The notes under the pieces: generated by a model
Database searches by the model: none
The model's input: the letters and a program-made list of their open reading frames with translations, nothing else
What the model was told of the DNA's origin: nothing
Assembly: GCA_964187785.1 (NCBI GenBank)
Contig: OZ076409.1
Coordinates: 64,358,001 to 64,422,000 of the forward strand
DNA: 64,000 bases
DNA from: Amphiscolops sp. MND2022
Taxonomy: Eukaryota
Reading direction: 5' to 3'
Position numbers and translations under genes: made by a program
In this document: piece by piece, positions 25,901 through 38,200 of the stretch
Position numbering within the stretch: the stretch's first letter is position 1
Layout of the letters: each line of letters opens with the position of its first letter

Positions 25901-28900
25901 CAAAGATGAAAATAAACAAAACACAGGCTGATAAGCTAAAGAGCTCTTGAAAAATTTGGTTAGAAAAGTTTTTAAAAAATCAGCTTTCTGGGGTCTCAAG
26001 GACCATGTACAACTTCTCTGGCTCGAAGATCTCTCGAAATCAAGCTGAAGTGGTGAAGTATACGTGAATATCGAAGTCAATTAGCAAAATTTAATTCAAC
26101 GTCTTTAATTTATTTTGAAAAACTTCTCGAGTTTTCTGCATTTTTGCTAGCATTGTATTAACTAGCCAGAGCTTTCACGATGTAAATTAGGTTCTATCAC
26201 GGCAACAAAAAGAAAACAAAAAAGAAAAGGTTGCTTTCCGAATTTCAGTGCCGAAGCTAGCAAGCAAGGAACTATTTTTGCAATTTTTGCAAACAAGTGA
26301 TGAAGCACTAGTTGGATTGTTGCTGCGATTTCGAAATGGCTGGTTCAAAGAATTGAATGATCACCGCTGCTGTTTTCATTTTACATTTTCATCGAATGTT
26401 TTGCTTTGGGTTGAAGAAATCATTGAAAGCTCGACTAAGGGTTATATAAATTGAAGCCTACTTTTTGACAACACAAAGGGAAGTTTCTAAAAAACTCAAA
26501 CTTAATTCGCTGGAGAATGATCAACCGTGAGATCCACCAAAACATACCGCGAATTGGAAATTTGAAATATATTTTGAATAACAAAATGTCGATATTGCTT
26601 CCGTCGGTATTTTTCCATTAGGTGTAATGATGCCGACATCACCCTAGCTTTTGAACAAGCGGTACTTTAAATCGCTTTTAAACTTTTCGTTCGAGCTTTC
26701 AAAATAATATCTCTGAAAAACCCGTAACTTTAAATAGTTGATGAGTTTAAGTTTTTTAAAAAAATGCTAAGAGGCTGAAAAATATAGTATACCTGGGGAA
26801 ACAAGCAAAGATTCCAAAAAAAAGAAGACATAGCATGAACATGGAGATTTAAGTTTGATATTGAGTCAAACTCCGATAGAAGCTCTTTTCCTGCTTATTT
26901 TGTAGCACCCACTGAAGAGCGTGTTTCATCGTATATTGTCTGGTTTGTTTTTCGGAGAAGTTAACTAGACAGTGGCAAAAAAACAAAAAATTGAATTGCA
27001 ACCATGGTTGATAACTGAGTCTTCAATAATGATTTTATTAGTATCTTTATGAGATTTTAGAAAGGTTAGCTGATGACTTTCAATGCTTCGAACGGGGTCA
27101 GAACCTGGTCTTCGAACACTGTGTAGTAAAATTGATATCATACCTTGAAAGCCTAAAAGTGCTTACCGCCATAACTCAAAAGCCTGACTCGTTTGACATC
27201 AGTTACGGGGATGTCCAGATAAGCATACTGGTTAGAACTTCCTTCCGAGTAGTAGCAAGTATCAGGCGTCTGTTTTTCTCCCTCCTTCGTGAAAGCATTG
27301 TTCGCCAAGAAACTGTTACCCCATGCCTCCGACGCTCGTATACCAGTGGCATAGACCCGACAAGCTGAAGGATTTACATTATTCGATAAGGGTTTTTCCT
27401 CAGAGTTCATGCAGGTCTATCAAATGTTTATTGTTTGGGTAATGTATTTGAAGAAAAAAATCAAATTATTGAAAAAACCATCGTAATGCGACAGTTCTAG
27501 TAGGGGATAGCAGCAATAACTCATATCAATTGACAACTCATACCAATCGAAATTCGTACTACAAAACTAAAATCCCTAAGATCAAAAAGACAAGCAATTG
27601 CTCAAAATCATGACCACAAATCTAGATAAAATAGTTATTCGATAGGAAATTAGTAAAGTTTATGAAATACTAACATGATTTTGTGGTAATTACCGTTGCA
27701 TTAGAAATTAATTTAACTATCACACTTAGTTTGAAAGGTTTGCATAGAAGTAGAACGTAGGCGGAGCTCATAAAATCGTACAACAATTCCAAATAAGATT
27801 TAGAAGTTTCAATTGCAGCTATTTATTTCAAGTTTTTCAAGTAAACATTTCGTACTTGGAACTTTTCACGTGATATGAGTTGTCGCTTGATTTGAGCGTT
27901 TGATTGCTTTAAGTTGTCGCTAAACCGAAAAATTGTGTCTCTTCGGTTTACTTTCCAGATGAACTCTTTTTCCAGATGTAATTTTTTGCGTAATCATTTG
28001 TCTCCATTTGAAAACTCTCGCAAAAGTTGTAAGATAATGCATTGAATTGAAATTACCTGATTCCCACTGCTCAGTAGTTGAGTACTTGGTAGTAGTAGAA
28101 GTCGTAGTAGAGGTTGTGGGATCTAGAGAAAAAAGTTCATAATACGTTTTTTAGTTAATCTAAACTAGTTAAAAATGAGAATAGTAAACATTACAATCAA
28201 ACTTGATGATTCATTTGATTCTTCAAGTTCGAACGGAGTTTGCAAAAATTCCTCAGAATTCTTTCTTCTCTTTTCCTCAGAAATTTCTTCTACGCCAAAA
28301 GTGTCGTTCAGTTAAATTTTCAAACTCAAAGTGCTCAGCGATAAATGTCCTGTCGAAGTTCCGTTGTCAATGTTTACCTTTCAAGGAAACTGCTTTATTT
28401 CCACACAAACATAGTTGTTCAAAACAATTGGGTGAATCGAAGTAGTATCCCGATCCTGTCCAGTCAGACAGTTGCAAAAGGCATTTTTTCAATGTATATC
28501 ATCAAACGATAACCATTTTTCACTACTAAAGATTTACAATACAAACATCAAAAATAAATTTTTGTCATAGAGGGAAAAATCACTAATATGGTAATAATAA
28601 AGTTTCTGAACAAAATACGGAGCATGTGTAATACTTGAATTTCGCGCGTTCCTAAGTATATGCAAGTAGACGGGTGACTGACTCTGAGGTGCATATGGAC
28701 TGCATCAAAAGCATTTTTTCTCATTTTCTCTACATTCACAGCAAACGATACACCATTTAGAATGGCTGAATAGAAGAAACTAGCAAATAGACTCAGACTG
28801 TTCAAACAATTCGATGAAGCTACAATAGTTGAAGTATTCACAACAACAAGTACAATGGACCACAGAGATTGAGATTTGAAAGCAGCAAAAGGAGGTATGG

Positions 28901-29231
28901 ATCCCCTCTACAACATTTGCAAAGATATTCAGGAGAATGGACCCACAAAGACAGCAACACTAGCACCCAAACGGACCAAATACAAGTTTCAAAGTACCTA
29001 GCAAAACATGAACTTCGTCAGGACTTGGATCAATTTGAAATTGAAACTGGCAGCTACCTCTCTTTTTGAAAAGGTATGTTTATAGACAATAGTCAACTGC
29101 ACGACAAGTATTTAACAGAAATTTACATTTTTCAAAGGGGAATAAATCGAGTTGATCTCCTTCTTGAACACGACCGAGCATTAATTTGGAATCAAAAACA
29201 ATCAGCACACGACCCCAAGGTCGAAGGCAAT

Positions 29232-29272
<41 letters not shown>

Positions 29273-32200
29273 AGACAATGGGTTATTCTCATAGAACTCT
29301 ATCCAATTATAATAACTTGTCCCACCTCACCTAAACATGCCCTCGCATATTAGGATCCTCAGCATTTTCCAGTTAATGGTGCACATTTTTACCCAGACTC
29401 AAGGAGGAAATTAGGATGAAAAACCTTTCAACAATATGTTTCCAACCACTTATGAGGGAAAAGTTGGATGATATTCAATGGTTTCCATGTTTTGAGACTT
29501 GTAATATAAAAATTTTCAGAGTAACCCAACTTCACATGTTTAACAATCGGACTAACCATCTGGCCATGGTAATAGTCCGAGGTTGGCGGTCTTAGTTCCA
29601 ATCATTAGCCCATGTCCTAATTAACTTTACTCCCAAGCTTCAAGTTTCTACCTATCATTGGTTTCGAGAAATGTAATGTTAAAAGTGATCAAACAGCAAA
29701 ATGGCAATTGAAAAACACTCAAGTGAAAACTTCCTATATTTCGGCTTTCACTGTTGAACATGTAGAGATTACGAAAACTCAAGAAAAAAGACATAACGCA
29801 GCAACATATGAGCTACAACAAAGTATACATTACGATTAAAAAGGTCCTAATTTGGGCTATTTATCTGGATAAGTTTCGAAAACCTACACCGGAATTATAC
29901 CAACATGGAAAAACCTGAAACCCTTTAACATGCAGAAGCTATGAAAGAGTCAGAAACACCTACATGTGATACATCATTTGAAAGATCTTGAGTTGGAAAT
30001 GAAAACTTTTGAACATTTTCATGATCGGACACCTTCCGCTGAAACAAGACCATCTCAAAGCTGAAATCCTTGAACATGTAGAGATTAGAAAAGTTCCAGA
30101 TATTACTGTGTATGATATTTCATTGGAGAGGTCTTGAGTTGGTTATCACAGATTTCAAATAATTTCATAATCGGACATTCACAGCATGAACTATTCCATC
30201 TCAAACCAGAAACCTTGAACATAAAGAAACTATAAAAGTTCATGAGTACACAACTGTGTATTACACTTCATTGGAAGGTTCTTGAGTCGAAGATAACAGA
30301 TTTTGAATATTTCGATGATCGGACATTTTCAGCTGGAACTATACCATCTAAAACTTCAAACCCCTAAATATGTAAAAGTATAAAGTTAAGATTGTCGTAA
30401 GTATATCTTTGATAAAACAAAACATTTCCAAACAAAAACGTCAACAAAGTAGCCAGCTGAATCAACAAGGTGAACAACATAGTAACACATAGTAACAAGC
30501 TGAATCAACAATCTCAAGAAGTGGGAAGAACTGTGAATGAAAACACATGAACAAAACTAAAAATGAAACCGACTGATGAAATTAAAGAATGCATTGCAGA
30601 TGAATTGCTAAGTAAACGTTAGTTCCCCGATAAAACTTTCAATTGAGTTGTTTAGCTAATTGTTCAGTAAACGTTATTGGAGAAGAACAGTTGTTCCACA
30701 AATGATTAAAAAAAATTTGAATTACTATCGTAAGGATCAAATATTACTGATGGAGAAATTAATGATGAACAGTTGGAAGGTTCAGGTTTTGTTTTTCAAA
30801 AAAAGGAGTCAATGAAATTCAAGCTAATTCTTGGGTTGAGTTACGCATAAATATAAAAAATTTTAGTCATTATTATTCATCGAAATTAAAGATCATTTCT
30901 GTTTTCTGAGGTGAATATCAGTTCATCTTTACCCGGTTGAGACTCATCAAAATAAAACATCAAATTATTCCAAAATTTTGTCTGAACTAAATACAGCAAA
31001 GTTAGTACTCCCAATAAAACCTAAAGATTTACCCCGGTTTGAATAATTAAACAATTGGAAATTAAATGCTTTTGAGTTCATTAAAACAGTGCTAACATCA
31101 AACCATATCATTACAAACTATGACTAACCACAAATTGATATGCAGTTATATGAAAATCACTACTGTCTAGTAACAAAATTACACACTCTCCAAAAATAGG
31201 ATTCGCGTCAGAAACATGTATGTAGAAGATGTTTACCAGCATTTAGGTCAGCAGACACCCTGAATGATCATATTGAAAGATGTATAAAACAGCCGTAACT
31301 AAGATTGGTTTTAGTTAAAATGATCATCTCACATTTAACGACTACCAGATGAAATAACCAGTCCCAAGTTGAGGTATGTAGACTTTGAATGTATGAACCA
31401 ACCTCAAGATAACCCCAAAGTGAAATTCACACAACATCCGATTGCTGTTGGTTATTTTATATTATCATCATTTGGAAATCATTGTTACTAAAATTTTGAG
31501 AGACGGGCTTGTGTGAATTGATTTGTAAAGAGGATGTGTTACAGTGCTTGGATACAAAACAACTGTAATATGGATGAAGAATGTATTTTAAATGTGGCAA
31601 TGTTAAATGAATTGTAAGTAAATTATTGACGGAGTATTTTAGACAACAGCAGGGGTCCAATTGAACGTATGAATTCAACAATGCTTTTGATTGGTGTTTA
31701 CTAATACGTCTAGCATCAGATGACCTTTCAGCACATTATTACAGGATATTAGAATCAGAAAAACTCTCTAAAAGTATTTCAATCCAAACATTCCACTGCA
31801 ATTAACTGCCCAAAAAGAAACACAATTCCAAGAAACGAATTGGGGTTAGTTTCGGGAGACGTTTTTTTTCATTGGATTGTGATAGATAAAGCTCGAGATC
31901 ATGATCATCCAACAGAAAATACAGAGGAGCAGCTCATAATATTTGCAATCACAACTGTATGCAAAATGTTCATTTTTTGTTCCTAAATGTTTTCCTAACT
32001 TTTCTGGTTATGATAGTCACTTATTTTTGAACAACTCCTAACCGAATCAAAACTATAATTAAATGACAATACCTAAGAGTTTAGAACTTCATGCACCAAT
32101 CCAAGTAGTATTTTACCGTTTCCTGGACAATCATAGATTTCTTGATAATTTTAAGTACATGGAATCCGAGGGTTTAATTGATGGTTTGTTTAAGAAACCC

Positions 32201-35200
32201 TTATGAATACTTTCAGTTCGATTATTTTACCCAATCATTAGACCTCATCAAAAAACAATATTAGTCAACACTACTTCAACATATCTTTGTGAAGATGATA
32301 AAGCACTTACAAATGAAATAATTCAAAAATATAATTCGAAAGGTGGACAAAAACTACTATGCAACACCTAAAAATGGATGTTCTTCTGGTAACAGATATA
32401 ATTGGAAACATTGTGGAAACATCCACAGCAAAACGGTATAAATCCGTCGTACAGATACTCAACACCTGTTTATACGAGGAAACCAAGTCAAAACCCACAA
32501 ATATCAAGTTAGATTTTATTCACTCTAAAGAGTTATTACCGTTGGAAAACAATATCCCTGAATGAATGTCCAGTATTATTATCGATAGGTATACTGAATC
32601 GAATGCCAACAAAAAGTATTAAACCTTGATGCTGATAACTCGTATGGATGGACTGTCAGTCAACTTCTTCCTACTGACAATTTCGAAAAAATATCTTCTC
32701 TCAATTAGTTTAAACAAGAACAAAGAACGGACGATTTATTACAAAGTTCAAACAACAACGTAAATGGGTTCTTTATACATTGTGGTTTACAACATCCAAC
32801 TTATATCAAGAAAAGATTCAAAACATCCTTTTTGTCCTTATCAAACGAAGCAAACCGATCCGCAGTTGTTCAAAAACTATATGAATTTTGTTAAACAACC
32901 AAATTGTGAACCAACGCAGATGATTGTGTGTGACCTAAAAAACAAACAAAAACTTATGGTGCGTTAAAGAATTCCAAGTTTTATGACAAGATGGGGATGA
33001 AAGTTATTAAAATTCAATGTGGGTATAGATTCCGACAACCACCACGGTTAGCAAAACACGTTGATCGTAACACCGAAAACCAAAGCAAAGTAAAAGGAAA
33101 CCGAAGCAAAAACAAACTTTTATAAAGACTTACATATTACTTTCTTGAAAAAAAACTTTCGAACACAAAATAAAAGACGATGCTTTTTGAAAACACAATG
33201 AAAAACGTAAGAGATTGAACCAATCCACAGATCAAATTTGTTTCCCAATTGAAGCTAATCAAGAAAGACGATCAAATATCAGTTTCAAATGCATCGCCAA
33301 CTGGTATTCTACCTTCGGTTTTTACAAGTTTGAAAAAAAGGAAAAACCTGTTTTGATAAATTGTTATTTCATTTGGGGTTCTCTGTGTTAGAATTAGGTA
33401 AACAATCATTGTATGAAATTTTTTCAAATTTTCATAACCATATGGGAAAGAAAAAAGGCAACTACAGTATATGAATACTGACAATTTTGTTCTTAGTTTT
33501 TATAGTTTCAAAAAATTGTTATATTTGAAAAAAGATGAAGTTTATTATAGTGAACTAGATGAAAGCCATGAGTTATAAAAAATGTAATTGGAAGAAACGA
33601 AAATCGAAAAGTCACCTATATTAGTAATAGATAAAGTCACTGCTCCACAATCAAAGTCATACTGCTTCTTTTATAATTCTTAGGTTCAAAAAGCAAAACA
33701 AAAATGAATACAAAACGCCCTTGAATGTGAATACTACAATTTTTCAATAATTGTCCGAATCTCTCAAGTGCAAACTTACACATCAATTAACAGTACAAGG
33801 TCAGAACGGACCAGGTTTGAAGTTGTCAGACAACAAACGTATGTATATAAATCAGACAATCGGACAAACACACTCAAAAAGGTGATTGTCATTGTATTCT
33901 TTGAATAAAATTCAATTGGTTGTATTTCAAAAAAAACTGGAGAAAATAAAAAAAAATAGAGTGTGTGAGGTTGGAACGCAAAAGCAAGGCATGAAGCGCT
34001 CTTAAAACTGATGAGTCTTCGTGCACATGTTTGAAAATTTAACAATGAAAACAAAAGATTTTTTTCTTTATTTTGTTTTAAAGTTGAATTTAATTTGAAA
34101 TTCAACTTCATAAGAAATCAAATGATAATTTTTTTTTCTAATGTGCTTGTTTGAGCAGTTTTACATACCTTATATTTCATATTTTATATACCTTATACCT
34201 AAAAAATCAAACTGTCTTTGCACATATTTGGTAAAACATGTTAAATTTGAATTAGAACGAGAGCATATGCTATATAATTTGCAACACGAAATTCAACGAT
34301 AAAAATGAATTCTATTCTAATAGGTTGAGGTGTAATAATAACTTTTTGTTTGGATAGGTCAATTAATAACAATTATAATCAGTTCAAAGCTTCTGGCGTT
34401 CAGTAAATGTTTTGAGCAGGTTAGTTTTAGCGTGGAGTCTTTAAAAGTAACATTTTACACAATATGCTTGTTCATACTTATATCTACCTCATTTTCACTC
34501 TAGGCCATCAACAAGATCTTTTTCTGAGCCTTTGTTACCATTGTTCTGAACTGCATTAGACATAGGATGTCTATCGAATGTTGCATTTTTATGTGTTTCT
34601 GAATCAATTTTACTTCTAGCTTCAAACCCAATAAAAATAAAGGTGGTGTCGATTCTCCACCTTTTTGTTTTCCTCCCACATAAGTGGGGGAAGAAAATCA
34701 TGATCTGTGTTGCGTTTTGTTTACAAATTCTGCCAAATCTCCATTTTTAATTACTCCGTTTAGTAAAACGATGAACTAGTCACCGTGGCACAGTTGGTAG
34801 TGCGTCTGCCTGCCAGGCACGAGGTAATGGGTTCGAACCCGGGCTCGAGCGTTACTTTTTTATAGCTGAATATATCCCGATGCTTAGCGGGTATCTTGTC
34901 CTAACTCAAGCGTCCAATTTTTAGTAGTGTTAACATCTTTGCTGAAAACACTTCTTTCTATATAGCATAAATCCGTTGGACATTTATCCAATAACTATTT
35001 CATCGCATTTTGCTGATTTTCCATGAATGGGGTGTAGTGTATATCAAACCAACCAATATCTTTTATTTATATTTTTGTAGAATCTGCCACATTGTCACGA
35101 ATGACAGCATCTTTAATATTGTTACGTTGTAAAATGAAAGAATAACGTAATCAATAAGGAATTTTTTTTCTTGATCAGCTATACCAAACAAATGCCGCAT

Positions 35201-38200
35201 TTATATTCCAACAAAAATTTCATCTTTTTATGTTTTATTGTTCGATACTTCTAGTTTCTTGTGTTCTGCGATTCTTCAAATCTATATTTTAACTCCCCTG
35301 GTTGTTGATTGGACGTTAAACACTTGCACGTTATACTTACGGTGTGTAAGTTGTCGACTTTTTTCAAGTGTTTTCCTGACGAAGTTGTTAGTTTGGCTTC
35401 ACTAAACAGGAAGTGAATCTTGTGTTATGGTTTCGAAGAAGTTCAAACTCTAGATAAATAAAAGTGTTTTGTAAAGAAACATAGGCACAAAGGATATCCA
35501 CTTATATACAGCAAAAACATTCAATTAAAAGTTTTTATATAATAAAATAAAAGTTTTTAGTAAGTGTATAGATTGTTTATAAAAACTGAAATGTGAATAC
35601 TGTTTTTGTGAAGTCATTAGAACGTCTTTACCAACAAAACATATAAAATACATTCATGCAATTAAAATTGAAACAGACTAAACATACAATCAAAATTGAC
35701 ACAAATAGTATTGATACAAAAGATGCTGATCAAATTGATACGTTTGATGACACAATTAACAGTAATGCATTGACTAGAACATTGTTCGGTTGTTCCTTCA
35801 TACAAAAAAACTTTTTCAATCAAAATCTGTTTTTTAAGTTTTTAGAGAAATGGTTCTTCTGAAATTTATTCTAACAATGCAAGATAAGGTTAGCCTGAAA
35901 CATTAAGTTTAGAAGAACGCTTGGTACTAGTATTTTTGTGCAACCGTTTTTTTCAGTTTGTTGTATTCATTCAGATCAGATTCATAATCTTCTAATGTTT
36001 TTGAGTCTAATCTACAAAAGATATCTAGTCTTCTACCAGCAAACGTTTTGATTGTCTTCAGTGTCTTCTGATTGTAACAAACTTTTGACGAGTTTAATGG
36101 TTTACTTTTTTTTATTTTAGGGCCTCATGATACAAATATTGAGAATATCTTTTATATTTTGATTTGAGTTTTTGAACCTATTTAGTTCTTTCAATTGTAA
36201 ATTTAAATGTTGCTCCAAAAAATGGTTTTCTATAATAGGATCTAATTTTCAGGATCCAATAGTTTAATTAACAACTATGAAAGTATTTTCCGGGTCTGTC
36301 AATTCCATTCTACGTTGAGGATCAAATATGTCTTCGTTTTTGTAATTATTCAAGCTGAAAGATATCTTTTCTTGTTGAACAGACTAAATCTGATAGGTAG
36401 TATTCAACATCTGTTGTTTTTATTTTTGTTTCAAATTTCCCAACAGGTTATCATCATCAAAAATTGGATATGATCCAATGATTTGGTCTTTAATTTCAGA
36501 TGAGTCAAACAATCTTTTCTTGTATTGTAATTGTTCAACATCTTTTACTGCTGCGTTTTCAAAATATTTCAATTCCAGAATGAGGTTTGTTTCGAAATGA
36601 TTACGTTGTATCTTTCGTTGTTCCTCCACAAACTTGGCTGCTTCCTAAATAACTTTTCTCTTTCCTCAAAACGTTTTGTTTTCTCAACCTAACTTTTTCA
36701 ATGTAACTTTCGAAACTTCCAGATGTTTGTTTTTGTGTACGACCAACCTTGCTCTGACCAAAACCTTTGTTTCACGGTTGTTAAATGTAATGTCTTCTAG
36801 ATTATTTAGGTTTATCAAGTTTCCAATAAAACCATTTTAAAATATTCCAATGAACTGTTGAACAGTATCGTCTGTGATTTTTGTTTTTTTTTCCGATTCT
36901 CACATTTTTCTCTTTGTCAGCTTCAAGCACGTAAACCAAACATATTCATTGACAAATTTATTTCTTCAAAACACTCAATATGATGGAAAGCCTCCATTCT
37001 TTCTAAGGTTTTGTAAATAGATTTAAAGTTGAAGACACTTCCTAAATTTTTCCGCCTATTTGTTAGGTGTTTTTGATCTTCCAAATTGTAGGTTACTGGA
37101 CTTGTAATAAATAAGAAGTTTATAATTTTAAACAGTTCCCTTTTCCAATATGTTGTATAATTTTTACTAAAAAACTGCGTTTATCGGATTCTTTTACAAA
37201 GGTTCACTCTTGAAATTTGGGTTGTTTTGGATTATCAACACTATTCGGTGGAGCTTCTGGTTTATTATTGGTTGACATTTCAAATGAAGTCCTTAAAGTG
37301 TTCAACAAAACAACTTTAAATCCTGAGTTTGATAAATAAATTTGTATCTCATTTTGTTTAAGCAAACCCAAACTTGTTTTTTGATAAATTTTGTACATCT
37401 ATCAAACCACATCTTGTTGTGTTTTCTTTTTTCCTTTCCAATGAGATTTTTGAATGATTGCGTAGTTGTGGTACCACTTTTATTAGGAAGAGGAATCACC
37501 CATTCCAATTTAGTATGATTATCATATACTTTAAAAAATGAACATGTAGTTTTCGTTGTATTTTGTGAAGGGTGTTTTATCTGTCAGAGAAGTTGTTTAC
37601 ACAATCCAACACTCATTTGTTTTATTGAGTTTGTACTTAATTCTTGTTCGAATTGGGCTTTTTGTTACTGGAGAAAATAATTTTTCAGCGATTCCTTGTT
37701 TCATATCAATAAATAACTCAGAGAAAATTTATTATGAAACAAAACTATTGAATATTGGTTTTTCAGTAAATTTTTTCACTGAGTTAAAATTTTTTCTGAG
37801 TTAGTAATTTTGGTGAAGCAGTTTACTTTGTTAGTAAATTTTTCACAATGAGCTAATTCTCAGAAATCTTAGCGGATCCCTTTACCTTTTCACTAATGTA
37901 GTAACCTTAGTGATTCTAATATCACTAAATAAATTAACATTTTTATTTTGTGGTTGAAGATTTGAAAACTATAATTGTTTTGTCTGAGTTGATAAAAAGA
38001 GTTGTGAAGAACGTATTAACAATATAAAAGGACAATTTTAAAAATATAAAAAAGGGGTTTGTATAGTAACTATATGGATTGTTTTATTAAAAACTTAAAT
38101 TGTGAACACTGTAATTGTGAATTCAACAGAACTCGTTTATCAAAACATAAAATACATTACACGAACAAAAAAGAATCAATTAAAATTGATACAAACAAAA

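Noticed and set aside
34781..34850. Functional tRNA-Gly(GCC) gene
   Set aside because: Acceptor stem does not pair and the sequence is embedded in a dispersed repeat; treated as tRNA-derived.
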